DNA of 64,000 bases from contig NC_088793.1 of the NCBI RefSeq assembly GCF_011386835.1, positions 19,282,001 to 19,346,000 of the forward strand. The letters are read 5' to 3'. Numbering within the stretch: the stretch's first letter is position 1; every line of letters starts with the position of its first letter. Below, piece by piece: positions 12,490-26,091 of this stretch. The translations under genes were made by a program, and so were the position numbers. This DNA comes from Chrysemys picta bellii. Its lineage: Eukaryota. A model generated the notes under the pieces. The model did no database searches. It was not told where the DNA came from and saw only the letters and a list, made by a program, of their open reading frames with translations.

Positions 12490-12695
12490 TTCAGATATTT
12501 AGGATGGGCTTTTCAAAAGCCTTCAGCATTGGCCCAACTCTGCTCCCATTGAAGTCAGTGGGAGTTTTACCATTGATATCAACGGGAGTGTTTAAGCCAA
12601 CACTGAGGTCCAGATGCTCAGTCTGTAGATGTTTAGCTCCCCTTGAAACCAATGGGAATTAGACACCTAAACCCTCTGAGGATCCAGCCCTGGGT
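12490..12695. mobile_element. Cluster of short palindromic MITE-like repeats
   Basis: Motifs gggcttttcaaaag, ctcccattgaagtcagtgggag and ttagacacctaaa recur across the window (e.g. 23890-24200, 31505-31570). Confidence 0.5.
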
Positions 12696-12773
12696 GCGTG
12701 TGTCAATCATGCCCCCTTAAGTGTTTCCTTTCACCAAAACTGCCACCCTGGACATGCATATAAGTCTGTAATA

Positions 12774-13370
12774 CAGGGGTGGCCAAGCCGCAGCTTGTGT
12801 GCCACATGTGGCTCTTTTACAGTTAAAGTGCAACTCCCAGAGCCCCCCATACTCCCTCCCCCCATTCTCCACCTGCCAGACTGTGGGGTGGGGAGCTCAG
12901 GGCTTCTGCCCTGCGACGGGGGGAGGGGGTCGGGCTAGGGGCTTCTGCCAGAGATGACGGGTGCCTGCAGAGAGTGGAGGGGCACAATTTATAGGTGCCC
13001 CCCTCCAAGAGCTTGAGTCACAGAGCCCCAGACACACTCCCCCTCTTATCCTCAGCAGCTCCTCCCTGCAGCTCCCAGGTGTTAGCTCCGCATGAAGAGG
13101 CAGCGGCAAACAGCTGGGAGCAGTAGGGAGGGGCCTCTGCTTTAGCTTCATTGGGAGAGGCAGCAGCAAAAGTAGCGGCTCTCCCTGCAGCTCCGAGCTG
13201 TTTGCGGCTGCCTCTATCCAAGGTGCACTCCCAGCTTGCTAGCTCCAGAAGCTGCCATGCAGGGAGGGGGCCCGGTGACACCCTGTGACCGAGCAGTGCC
13301 AGCAAACCCTGGCAAAAATCTGGGGGGACACACATGATCCCCATGTGTCCCCCTCACACACCACCTCTGT
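12774..13370. mobile_element. Composite GC-rich hAT-like non-autonomous element remnant
   Basis: Starts CAGGGGTGGCCAA (hAT-type TIR) with a GC-rich repetitive interior. The right end and TSD were not resolved. Confidence 0.55.
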
Positions 13371-14380
13371 CTTCTGCCCAACAGGAAGGGGGGGAGCTCA
13401 TTCCTGGAGTGGAAATAAGTGTCATTTGCTGTTGAATAACTACCACCAGCAAAGCAAACTTTGTCATATGCAGTGTTATGGCTATGGTAGTATAGTTATA
13501 TATTAATGGCATCTAACATCATTTCAAGCCATATGGTATATTCCAAAGCAATGAGTGCATTACTACTAAAAATCAGAAACTTCAAAATAAAGTAAGTCTT
13601 GCTTACTGGAACCTCTGACATTGCTGATATCATAAGATCAGCACAGGGTATTAAACTGAAGAGTTATGAATTCATGTTTTGGCATTGTAAGGTAAATGCT
13701 TAAAACACATTTTTCCTTCCTAATTTAGATTCTGCAATACAAAACAGAAAAGGAAAATTCAAAAGGGAATAGACTATAAAGCCATGACTCTACTTCCTAG
13801 CTGTCCTAAAACATCATAAATAACTGACTGAATACTAGGAAAAGGTCCAAGATCTGAGTCTAAGATAAGTAGAATAGATGCTTCACTGGGGATATTGCTA
13901 ACATTGGTAATTGATGTGTTGCTTATTATATTGCGGTATAACTGACAGATTATTCTTGTCCATCTTACATAACAGACTATATGGCTATCTATTCTTGTTG
14001 TTTGAGTCAAACATAATTTAACAAGCTATGGGCCTGATCTCACTCCCACAAAAGCTGATATCTGTGAGATCATGCCCTGAGTCAAAACCAGTGGAAGTCA
14101 ATGAGAGTCTCTCCAATCATTTCAGTGGGTTTTGGATCAGTCCTTTAGGTGAGCAAATTATAGACAAATGGTAATGTAGTAAACAAGAGAGAAGTGTATC
14201 CCATAAGCACAAAGCGAATGTAAAGGATTCTTCAGATCAAATCTCAGGCATGATCCTGTGAGATGCTAACTAGGGGTCAACTAGTTAGGCGCTTATCTAC
14301 TATGCTGTGGAATGTGGTATAGAAACCTAGACAGAATTGCATAGAATGCTATTCTGCAGTCATAGGACACAAGTTGACAC

Positions 14381-14663
14381 ATAGAATCATAGAATATCAG
14401 GGTTGGAAGGGACCTCAAGAGGTCATCTAGTCCAACCCCCTGCTCAAAGCAGGACCAATTCCCAACTAAATCATCCCAGCCAGGGCTTTGTCAAGCTGGG
14501 CCTTAAAAACCTCCAAGGAAGGAGACTCCACCCCCTCCCTAGGTAACTCATTCCAGTGCTTCACCACCCTCCTAGTGAAATAGTGTTTCCTAATATCCAA
14601 CCTGGACCTCCCCCACTCCAACTTGAGACCATTGCTCCTTGTTCTGTCATCTGCCACCACTGA
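14381..14663 (-). mobile_element. CR1 3' end
   Basis: atagaatcatagaatatcagggttggaagggacc tail, and translation [39 protein letters not shown]. Confidence 0.93.
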
Positions 14664-15879
14664 TGTATACACACAGGAGTATAACCTGAATGATGTGACT
14701 ATAAAGCCTGATATAGTAACCACCAATAGTAAACAAAATGAGAAGAAACTAGAATACAGAAATGCAAAGCTGGAGTTATCAACTTTCCAATGATGTATCG
14801 CATGGCTTTCTAACCAGGTGGTGCATAAGAGATCTTACCTTGCAGTGCATCCCAGGTCCTTGCCAGGCAAACTAGGACACTTTCAGAATCCCAATCATCC
14901 TGGACCAGTCCATCCTTGGCCTCTTGAAAAGTACAGAGTGCTGTCAGCTACCTTTTGATCCTGCATGAGATGCTCAGCTCCTAGGAGGATTGGGCCAAGA
15001 GGCAGTGGATTCATCCCTGGGTCAGCAGAACCGTTTGCTGATTCATATTGTTACTTTTCATCCCCATAGAGCTTTAACAGAGCCCTGGGTCATGAGCTAG
15101 CAGTACTAGTATTTGATTACAAACAGCTGTTTTTTTTAATACAATCAATGAATCATTCATTGGCCAAAACAACATGAAGACTCCCATCTATTATTTATCC
15201 CTGCAGTGGAAACTATTCTGGGATTCAAACTGTCTTTGAAGCTTTTGCTGTCCTGGCTGTACATAATTTTATTCTACAATACAATCTCTAAAGCTTTTTA
15301 TCCCCCCTCCGTTTGATGCAGAAATAACTGACTGAGCTTCTGACCAGATGAAGACACACATGGTTCTCTTGGACCATACCTTCAACCAGAGTTGCTTTGG
15401 GCTTCTGTTTCTTTATTCCCATGATTGTCTGATATTCCTTTTCTTGAGAATAGCCCAGTCCAACTGTTCAGTACAAACATAGTCCCATTCATAGGTTTGT
15501 TCACGTTCTATTCATGTTTTGCAGTTCAAGGGAGCAAGATCTTTTACACAGCTTAATGAATTCCTATCATAATTTCTACAAAATAAGAAAAAAATGGAGA
15601 GCAAAATGCTGGTCTTTACACCAGCGTAAATCCAGAGTCACTCCACTGACTTCACTGAATTTCAACAAGTTTACACTGATGCAAGAGCAAATCAGGTGCT
15701 CCAGTAGTATAGTGATGGAAGCCCTATCAGTAGCTATAGCAATAATAACTCATTGTTTCACTGAACTTCCCCGTTTCTCTCTATGAATCCACCCGTTGTC
15801 ACTTGTCTTGTACATAACATATAGATTTGCTGAACTGATTCAAAATATTTCATTTCCACTCAGTTTAACATTAAACTGT

Positions 15880-16255
15880 ATTTCTCTATTATGGTGCATA
15901 ACCTCATGGGAGTTGTAGTTTGAATCTGATGCTCCTATTCTCAGCTATGGCCCAGGCTCTGCCATGATGCTCCAACACCTATGCAACTCCTATGCTGTAC
16001 CATGCTATTACATCATGGGGAAGAATGGGGGCAACCAGTCATCTGAACTACAGCTCATATGAGGGATTGTGCCACCATTCAATGTTGAATAGACTTGAAA
16101 CAAAACACTTCAGGTCACTTCAACAAAGTGAAATATTTTGTTTTCCTGATGTGAAAGTGAAAAGTTTTGGCAAAATCAAAAGTTTCCTTTGGAAAATTTC
16201 AGTTTGGCAGAAACTGCATTTTCCTCAAAAGACCGAAAATTCCCAGCTCCAATTA
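15880..16255. mobile_element. MITE-like remnant (same family as 2081-2400)
   Basis: Shares catgggagttgtagtt and A/T-run blocks, and ends cccagctc. Confidence 0.45.
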
Positions 16256-16520
16256 TAATAAATAAGTACAGAGAAAATTGAACAGTATTTGACCATCATC
16301 TTCAGCAGTGGACAATACTTCAACTAAGCAATTTTCTGATGTGTTATTAAGGGAGAGTGCAGCAATTATTACTAAATCTGTGTACAGGTGAAAAGTTTAT
16401 AGTTTAGGTTGCTAAGTGCAATTCAAAATAAGACACAACCAGTACTCATCTCATTTAAAAAAATAAAAACTAATGAGCCAGTAGGAACCCTCAATGTTTA
16501 GATAAACAATTATTATATCA

Positions 16521-16526
<6 letters not shown>

Positions 16527-16575
<49 letters not shown>
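16527..16575. repeat. (CA)n microsatellite
   Basis: About 24 CA units seen directly. Confidence 0.97.
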
Positions 16576-16576
<1 letters not shown>

Positions 16577-16956
16577 AATATATAGAAACATTCTCACTGA
16601 TCAGCACCCCAACAACTGTACCTTTGTCTTCAGTACAACACTTCCAACAGCTATCAGGTCAAAACCAACTTTACCTATACATGAGAACTATTCTTCAAAG
16701 CTGAGCATAAAAATATATATACCTTACTCTTATTCATGCAAGAATAGTACAAAGTCTATCATGCCTGTATAGAAACATAGACAGTCTACAAAAACAAAGA
16801 TTTTCACAGCTGAAAATTACATTAATGTGATACAAACAGCTATGTTCTCTGACTGATCAAAATAATTCCGTACCCATTAGACATCATTACTTAGAAAGAT
16901 TTCATGCAGAAGGAGCTCAGACAGACCAGTAGCCCACCATATCCATTCCACACTAC

Positions 16957-17921
16957 AGAATCATAGAATTGTAGAACTAATTGTTTGTCTAACATGCTCT
17001 TAAAAAATCTCCAATGATGGAGATTCCACAACCTCCCCAGGTAATTTATTCTAGTCCTTAACCATCCTGACAGTTAGGAAGTTTTTCCTAATGTCCAGCC
17101 TAAACTTCCCTTATTGTAATTTAAGCCCATTGCTTCTTGTTCTTGCCTCTGAGATTAGGGAGAACAATTTTTCTCCTTCCTCTTTGTAACAACCTTTTAT
17201 ATACTTGACAACTGTTATCATGTCCCCTCTCAGTCTTCTCTTTTTCAGACTAAACAAACCCATTTTTTTCATTCTTCCCTTACATGTCATGTTTTCTAGA
17301 CCTTTAGTCATTATTGTTGCTCTTCTCTGGACTTTCTCCATTTTGTCCACATCTTTTCTGAAATGTGGCACCCAGAACTGGACACAATACTCCAGTTGAG
17401 GCCTAATCAGCGCAGAGTAGAGCAGAAACATTACTTCTCGTGTCTTGCTTACAACACTCCTGCTAATACATCCCAGAATGATGTTTGCTTTTTTTGAAAC
17501 AGTGTAACATTTTTGATTTACATTTAGCTTGTGATCCACTATGACCTCCAGATTTATTTCTGCAGTACTCCTTCCTAGGCAGTCATTTCCCATTTTGTAT
17601 GTGTACAACTCATTGTTCCTTCCTAAGTGGAGTACTTTGCATTTGTCCTTATTGAATTTCATCCTATTTACTTCAGACCATTTCTCCAGTTTGTCTAGAT
17701 CATTTTGAATTTTAACCCTATCCTCCAAAGCACTTGCAACCCTGCCCAGGTTGGTGTCAGCCACAAACTAGAAGTGTACTCTTTGTGCCATTATCTAAAT
17801 CATTGATGAAGATATTGAACAGAACCTAACCCAGAATTGATCTCTGCGGGACCCCATTCGATATGCCCTTCCAGCTTGACTGTGAACCACTGATAACTAC
17901 TCTCTGGGAACAGTTTTCCAT
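16957..17921 (-). mobile_element. CR1 ORF2 3' fragment
   Basis: ORF 17111..17764 (QNDLDKLEKWSEVNRMKFNKDKCKVLHLG...RPQLEYCVQFW) and an agaatcatagaa tail. Confidence 0.93.
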
Positions 17922-19099
17922 CTTTATAATGTATTTATCACTGTATGATATGGCTTCTTATGCGGCATCTGTCCTGTGGATACATAAAGGAATTCTGTTA
18001 CCAAGATTGTCAATCCATTAATTTTCACAAGTACTAAGTCCACTTAAAAGAAAATAATACTCCTAGTACTTTCAGCTCAAATGCCTCTGGTCATGCTCCT
18101 CAAACACACAATAAACTAATTCACTCCTCTGCACATCTTTTGGTCCCTTTGATCTTGGAGAAGTTAACTTGATCTGGGCCTAATAACCCCCCGGAACTCT
18201 GCTACAATTGCATCATGCCCTAGGACATATCCCTGTCACTTTTGAGAATCCCATGAATTTACTAATTTCAGCAGTCAGTTTCTTTCCACCACTTCTCCAT
18301 GGTCTTCGCAGATCAAACTCCTTGCTAGGCGATGTTAGAATACAGTGTAGAAGCCCAGCAGAATAGGTGATTGCTAATGAGAAATGTCTGAGTTAGATTT
18401 AACTTTTTCCCTAAACTGTTTCCAGCTAGACAATACCGGGTGAAATCCTGTTCGCTGCTACAGCCCTTTGACTCACTTTGCAGAGATATAAGGAGGCCTT
18501 ACCACGGTTCTAGCTGGGGAAGGATTTTGCCTGGTGCAGGCACTGCGAAGGATGACAGCTCTCAGGCTACCTTTCCAGGACCCACCTCCTTAGCCCCAGG
18601 GAACGGGGTTTACCGGGGTAGGGCTGCAAAAGGCAGCATTGTCCAGTTTCTGGGCAAGGCTGCTATGCCCCTAGGGCAGCCCCTGGAGGCTGTAATTTAA
18701 GACCACCTTAGTTCTCCCTCCTGCTGGGGTGTAAGTTTTGTGTTGTTCCTTTAAAAGATGCAGCACAGACTCTCGCCCAGTAAATGCACAACCAAGCCTG
18801 AAAGACATTCCCAACAGAGTGTCCATTCTGATAGAATATCCTTTTGTAACTAGTAAATCTTTGCTTCATTCAGCCCACAGCTCCTCAGTGTAGCATTATG
18901 ATTATGATGCACATTTAATATGCACCCATCCCCTTGGCACAAGAGGAATGCATTCCACAGAAGTTGCCTTGTCAGAGCCAGAGATGGGGAATGCCAGTCA
19001 GAAGGCTAAGTGCCAGGGAATTCTAAGACCTCCCTATAGCAGAGTGCCTGAACAAAGAGAACTCTCTGTAGAGATCAAACTGTAAAAGTGGCCAAACTG

Positions 19100-20451
19100 C
19101 ATCCCAAGCAAGGGGAAGAAATTCATAGGGAAGGGCTACAGAACAAACTGGATGAACAAGCATCTCAAACAGGTTATAAGGGAAAAGCAGAAAGCCTACA
19201 AAGAATGGAAGAAGGGATGGATCAGCAAGGAAAGCTACCTCTTTGAGGTCAGAAAGTGTAGGGATAAAGTGAGAACTGCCAAAAGCCAGGCAGAGCTGGA
19301 CCTTGCAAAGGAAATTAAAACCAACAGTAAAAGGTTCTTTAGCCATTTACATAAAAAGTAAACAAGGAAGGAAGAAGTGAGACCACTAAACACTTGAGGA
19401 TGATAAACTAGGTATGGCCCAACAACTAAACAAATATTTTTGCCTCAGTTTTTAGTAAGGATAATGAGGAGCTTGGGAGCAGTAGCAGGGTGGAAGCCAA
19501 ACTCAAACAGCTTAATGGGACCAAATCGGGGCCCATGGATAATCTCCATCAAAGAATATTAAAGGAACTGGCACATGAAATTGCAAGCCCACTGGCAAGA
19601 CTTAATAAAAACTCATACCCTATGACTGGAGAATTGTAAATATTGTTCCTATATTTAAGAAAGGAAAATACAGTGATCTGGGAAACTACAGGCCCATTAG
19701 TTTGACCTCAACTGTATGCAAGGTCTTAGAAGAAATCTGCCTTATGAGAGGAAACTCAAAGAGCTTGGCTTGTTTAGCCTAACCCAAAAGAAGGCTGAGG
19801 TTAGATATGATTGATCTCTATAAATACGTCAGAGGGATAAATACCAGGGAGAGAGAGGAGTTATTTAAGTGCCAATGTGGACACAAGAACAAATGGATAT
19901 TTACTGGACATTAGTAAGTTTAGGCTTGAAATTAGATGAAGGTTTCTAACCATCAGAGGAGTGAAGTTCTGGAACAGCCTTCCAAGGGGAGCAGTGGGGG
20001 CAAAAGCCCTAACTGACTTCAAGACTGAGCTTGATAAGTTTATGTAGCAGATGGTATGATGGGACTGTCTACAATGGCATGTAGCCAATCTGCAACTGCT
20101 AACAGCAAATATCTCTAATGGCTGGTGATGGGACACTAGATGGGGATGGCCCTGGGTTACTGCAGAGAATTCTTTCCCAGGTGTCTGACTGGTGGGTCTT
20201 GCCCACATGCTCAGGGTACAACTCATTGCCATATTTAGGATTGGGAAATAATTTCCCCCTAGGTCAGATTGGCAGAGACCCTTAGGGTTTTTTTTGCCTT
20301 CCTCTAATGTAAAGTTTTTAAATCATGATTTCAGGACTTCAGTTACTCAGCCAGAGGTTAGGAGTCCATTACAAGAGTGGGTGAGTGACCTGCCATGTGG
20401 AGGAGGTCAGACTAGAGGATCATGTTGGTTCCTTTTGGCCTTCAAGCCTAT
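19100..20451 (+). mobile_element. Internally deleted CR1 (same long-3'UTR type as 9150-10611)
   Basis: WMNKHLKQVIREKQKAYKEWKKG...KTNSKRFFS and ctgggaaactacaggccc (NYRP), then a jump at ~19740 to the ORF2 C-terminus and 3' UTR. Confidence 0.9.
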
Positions 20452-20719
20452 GGGTATGTCCACACAGGGATAAAAAACCTGCTGCTGGCCTGGGTCAGCT
20501 GACCCAGGCTCATGGGGCTGGGGCTCTGGGCTGAAAATTTGCTGTGTAGACTTTCAGGCTTGGGATGGAGCCGAGCTCTGGAACCCTGCATGGGGGAGGG
20601 TCCCCCAAATACCTACACAGCAAATTTTAGTCCTGCAGCCCAAGCCTCATGTGCCCGAGTCAGCTGACCAGGGCCAGATGTGGCCATGCTGTGCCTTTTA
20701 TCCCTGTGTAGTCGTACCC
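20452..20719. mobile_element. PIF/Harbinger-type MITE
   Basis: TIRs GGGTATGTCCACACAGGGATAAAA / TTTTATCCCTGTGTAGTCGTACCC with a palindromic interior. Confidence 0.8.
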
Positions 20720-20939
20720 TCTTAGTCCACAGCAACTCCCTTGGCAAGGCCAGAGATAGGGAATGCCAGCTGGGGGCTAAAGGCCAGGGAATTATAAGAC
20801 CTCCATATAATCTAGTGCCTGAACAAACAGAGATCTCCTATATCAAACTGTAATAGCGGCCAGGCTGGGCTTCAAATGTATTTCGGGTGACAGTAAATTC
20901 TACAAGTGATGACCTGCCATTGAGACCAACCTGTTCCTG

Positions 20940-21330
20940 TCTCCTTCAAGCCCCCTCCTTTGTGCCAAAAGTGTTTCTGTCAATACTGTGCACCACTGTG
21001 GTGCACGTGGTGAGAGATAATTCTGATTCATTTGGCTGCAGACCATTCAAGACTTTATAGATAGTATCCAGCACCTTGAATTTCACCCCGATAAAACCTG
21101 GCAGCCAGTGCAGAGCATGGGATGTGTGCAATATGCGATTGAACTGTCAGGTCTATTCAGAAAACATGCATTCTGGGCTAACGGAAGCTTCCAAATGCCC
21201 TCCAGAATTAGCCCAGCCTTGATGTGCGAGAGTCATAGATAACTGTGGTGTGGTCCAGGTCACAGAAGAAAGGAGACCACTGAAAAAAACAAAAGACACA
21301 TTTGAATCACTGATGCTATTTGGGCATCCA
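20940..21330 (-). mobile_element. L2-clade LINE ORF2 C-terminal remnant
   Basis: Translation ALHWLPGFIGVKFKVLDTIYKVLNGL matches the L2-type HWLP...FK...YK.L.GL motif. Confidence 0.65.
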
Positions 21331-22119
21331 GGAGCAGAGAGGAGTCTAGAAAACCCCCAAGATTGTGAACCATTTAGACAATAGAGGAGTAGACACACTT
21401 GGTTCAGGGAACACACATAAATTGCCAATACTCCAGACTTTTCCACAACTGCTAAATGACCTTCTCCAGATTTTGTAAGCTTGTCAATGTCAAGCAACTT
21501 CATTTGAGTAGTGGTTGGACAATCGTATGTTTAAGACTGGCTGGCAGTTCCTGGTTTCACAAGTTGGAATTAATAACCACGGTCAATAAGGGGCTCAGTC
21601 AATCTTTAGTGCCTTTAATGTGCCATGAAGAGCAAGAGTCCAGATCAGAAGTGACTGAATAGGCCTTTTCCAGCTCATCTAATTAATGAGTTGACTTGTA
21701 TTTTGCTGCTCTCTGTGTTAAACTATGTTGAGGTTTGGACTCTGATGAAGCATTCCATCCTCTCAGACTGTTCCATGGCCTTAGAGAACTGAACATCTTG
21801 AAGATAGTTGAATGGCATTATTTTTGTATCCTGTTATTTATACTGATTCAACTACTGACACCAAAACTCCAGATCCAAATGTCCCTGAACTTTGGAAGGG
21901 AGGAGGCTGGAATCTGAACTCTGATTAAGAGCAGAATTTTTGTATCTGGCCGTGACTCTGTTCTGAGCCATACCAAAGGCCTAGGTCTGAAACATGCCTA
22001 AAGTTAGGAGCACCCAAAATCTGGACCTGGATGCAAGTTTTGTGTGTTAGGCCTGTGTCTTGTTTTCTGGGTCCTTATTTTCAGGGTTTGGCGCTAATGC
22101 TGCCTTTCTGTCCTATTTG

Positions 22120-23145
22120 CTATCCCACCCCCAGAAGTGCAGGACTGAAGTATTTCTAGTGGGCCCTTTCAGGGAGCCATATTTGGCTCTACTGTATTTA
22201 ACATTTTTATCATTGACCTCGAAGAAAATAAAATACACATTGATAAAGTTTGCAGATGACTCAAAGGTTGGGAGACTGGTAAATAACAGAGAGGACAGGT
22301 CACAAATATAGAGTCTTCTGGATTACTTGGTAACCTGGGTGAAAGCAAACAGTATGTATTTCAATACAGCCAAATGTGAAGTCATACATCTAGGAACAAA
22401 GAATGTAGGCCATGCTTATAGGACAGGGGACTCTGTTGTGGAAAGCAGTGACCCTGAAAAAGACTTGGGTGTCATTGTAGATAATCAGCTGAACATGAGT
22501 TCCAAGTACGACACTGTGGCCAAAAGGGCAAATGCAATCCTTGGTTTGTATACACGGGAATATCGAGGAGGCGTAGAGAGGCTATATAACTTTTGTATTT
22601 AGCACTGATGCGACTGCTACTGGAATACTTTGTCCAGTTCTGATGTCCAAAATTCAAGAAGGATGTTGATAAATTGGAGAGGGTTTAGAAGAGAGCCACG
22701 AGAATCCTTCATTTGGAAAATTTGCCATATAGTGATACACTCGAGTAGCTCAATCTATTTAGCTTAACAAAGGGAAGGTTAAGGGATGATTTGATCACAG
22801 TCCATAAGTACCCATATGGGGAACAGAAATTTGATAATAGAGGGCTCTTCAATCTAGCAGAGAAAGATATAACAAGCTCTGATGGCTTGAAGCTGAAGCT
22901 AAGCAAATTCAGAAATAAGGTTAGGTGTCCATTTTTAACAGTAAGGGTAATTAACCATGGGAACAATTTACCAAGGCTGTGGTGGATTCTCGATCACTGG
23001 CGATTTTCAAATCAAGACTGGATGTTTTTCTAAAATATCTACTATAGCTCAAACTATTAATTCAAGGAAGTCCTATTGCCTGGGCTATGAAGAAGGTTAA
23101 TTTAAATTATCACAATGGGCCCTTCAGGATTTTTAATCTATGGAT
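22120..23145 (+). mobile_element. Decayed CR1 ORF2 3' fragment
   Basis: LIKFADDSKVG and FNTAKCEVIHLG motifs, with several frameshifts and a CR1 tail. Confidence 0.88.
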
Positions 23146-23889
23146 CTATAGTCCATAGAAGTGCATCAACACTGTTGTGATTTAGTTGGATGGGTGACCT
23201 GGTGGAAGATAGTCTAAGCACAGGGACTATGCACTGCTTGAACACCAAAGGATGCTGCTTTGTGGTACCACTTCTCCTTTGCCCATGGACGAGGGGCTTT
23301 GGTACAGAGGATTTATGCCCTTTGTCAATGTGTAGGTCCTTTGCCCAAGGCCCATTTCTTGAAGCTTTGCATTTAAGCCGTGGTTGGGTTTTTTGTATGT
23401 TCATTTCAGTAGGAATTTTCTGAACTGTTAAGCTCTGATGAAACCTGTGGCTAATTTTTGCTTAGGTTTATTTTTCCAATATACAGGTTTTCTTGCTCTT
23501 TGAGATCCCAGTCCTGCAAATGCACCTGCTTGGGTGGTAATGTATGCCTATGAAGAGCACTGTTGACTTCAATGGACTTTTCATGGGTATGAAGGACTGC
23601 CCATACAGTTCAGGATCTGTCCCTTAGTAAAGATTGCAATATGATATAACCCATCATTTACTGCATCAAAGGGTTGCCATCACAATACAAATCAGACTTT
23701 GAATATGCTGTTTATGGTATTAATAGGAATGATGCCATCAAATATTAAAACTAAATCGATTTTTAAAAAAAGATGCATTTTTCAGCATTTCTGCAATGTT
23801 TACTTTTTGCACTTTACAGTGAAGCTGGTCTGCTCTGTTGCACTTTCGGTTTCCAGTCAATTTCCTTCTTCTGCGCTAATGTCAATGCT

Positions 23890-24200
23890 AAGGCAGGGAA
23901 GATTTTCAAAATTGACTAGTGATGTTTGGGTGCCCAACTTGAGACACCTTAAAGAAGCCTGATTTTCGAAAAGGGCTGAGCCACCCACACACTGAAAATT
24001 GGGCACCCAGAATAATGATATAGGGCCAGATCTTCAAAGGAATTGAGGCACCTAAAAAGGCAGGTAAGCACCTAGTGGGATTTTCAAAAGTGTAGTTGAT
24101 TTCCATGGGATTTAGATACCTAGCCTGCGTAGGTGCTTTTGAAAAATCCCATTAGGCACCAATCTGCTTCATTAGGCACCTAAATACCTTTGAAAATTGT
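23890..24200. mobile_element. Nested short palindromic MITEs
   Basis: gggccagatcttcaaag...aggcacctaaatacctttgaaaat inverted termini. Confidence 0.55.
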
Positions 24201-26091
24201 CCCCTTGGTAACATTTGGAAACCTTGGCTGTAATGTTTGGGGTAATAATATTGCATAGGGATTTTTGATATTTCTGTAAATGTTTCAATTGACATTCAGT
24301 GAAATAACCTCTTCTTATGAGTTAGAGACAATCCTATAGAAAACCTACATTTTGGGTGTCCCTTTTAACTACTAACTGTCAAGAGAGCTATTGCTCCACG
24401 TGTTCTTCAGAGGAGTAAAAATCATAGCTTGACTTATTAAGAGCAAAAAGGCAAATTAATACTGAGTAGATGAGCTCTTTATAACATAATGACCAAAGGC
24501 ACATGGACAAAGTAGACTTGTTGGAGGCAATTTCTGTAAATCAACCCACTCTCATTCTAAAAGAAAGAAAAGCCATTTCTATTAGATAATGTATTAAATG
24601 TTTGAACAAATATAGAATAAAAGTAGATATTAAACTCAAATAATAAAGATTTGCTACTAGACTATCTCTAATTAGAAGTTAAATATTTATTAAACTAAGT
24701 CTTCCCTGGTACATCAGCCAAAAATATCTTGATCAACTAAAAATTTGTTTGTAATCCAGGTTTGTACAAATTGAGTTCGAGTTTAGTTCGAGTTTAGTTG
24801 TGCTCTTTTATAATATGTAATAGCTGGAAATAGAAGCCATTTAGAACGTTTGTACATCATCTCTATTGCTAGAGGTGAATGGGAGATTTATGCAAGTGCA
24901 TTACAGTTATACATTTTAATTGGTTGTAGTAGCCAATTCAGTTTTCATGTCAGGGTAAAGGATTTAAAACAACAACAACAAATTTTGTCAGCCTGTAGGC
25001 ATAGCATGGTACATTGTTGATCCTGGGTACAACACAGAACTGTTTTGCCTGTTCATGTCAGTCCTTAAACACTCGACTCTCATTCAGTGCTCTAGCAGAT
25101 CTTTGACAGACATACAATGATCTGATATATGCCGAATCTCCTGTGATTGAATGATAAAGATAATAAAAATAGGGATATCGCTCCCAATTTATTTTAGTTT
25201 CTTTGTAAACTTCTTAGGCTGCTCATAGATTTAAACGACTTCCCTAAATGTGGGTGTGGAGTGAATTTTCCTATGACTTCTGCATTCCTAGCTGTACTAA
25301 TCTTTTGGGTGCTAAGAAATCACAACTTTCTGAGTTGCTCTCCAAGAAAATGTATGATTTAATTCCCCTCCTTTTAAGCCTACAGTAACACAGTGATATA
25401 TACTTGTTGAGTAAGTCAAGTACAGTATTTCTGAAAATACTGGAGCCCAGAGAATTTCTGTAAAGAGGAGATTTTACATTTTTTTCACTACCCATTTTGG
25501 TGAGTTAAAACATCACAAAAGAGATGGGCAAATGTCATAAATAGTTTTTCATAAGGATTTGCTCAAATTTAAAAATCACTTTCTCTGACCTGTGCTTATA
25601 CCTCTTTGAGTTTTGCTTTCTGCAGACATTGGAATGATCAAGTTTAGCCACATACTTGTGCAACTTTTAAGTTTGCATGTAAGTATTTGCACTGAAAGTA
25701 GCATTTATAAATGGGATGGGATTGAGACAAAATAGTGATAAGGTTCCCAAAGCCCTGACCCAGAAACAATTAAGCAAACCAGCCAAAGATTGGATTGGTC
25801 TGCAACACATTCATACAATTATTTTGTGTCAATGATTGGTGGTAGCAGAAAATTACAGACCAGTAGATGAAAGCATTCGATTAGCTAGGACAGTGCTTGA
25901 TACAGCAGGGGGACATGAGTGAAGCCCATCTATTCAGAACACAGACACAATGTCAAGGTGGTTGGGAGGGTAACTAACCAACCTACTATACATTTAGAAT
26001 GTTGATTATCAAGTACTCACTGTGAAGTGTTCGCAACCATGTCAGCTGGACAAAAATAATCCCTTGCGCAATTCAAGTAAATTTAAATATC

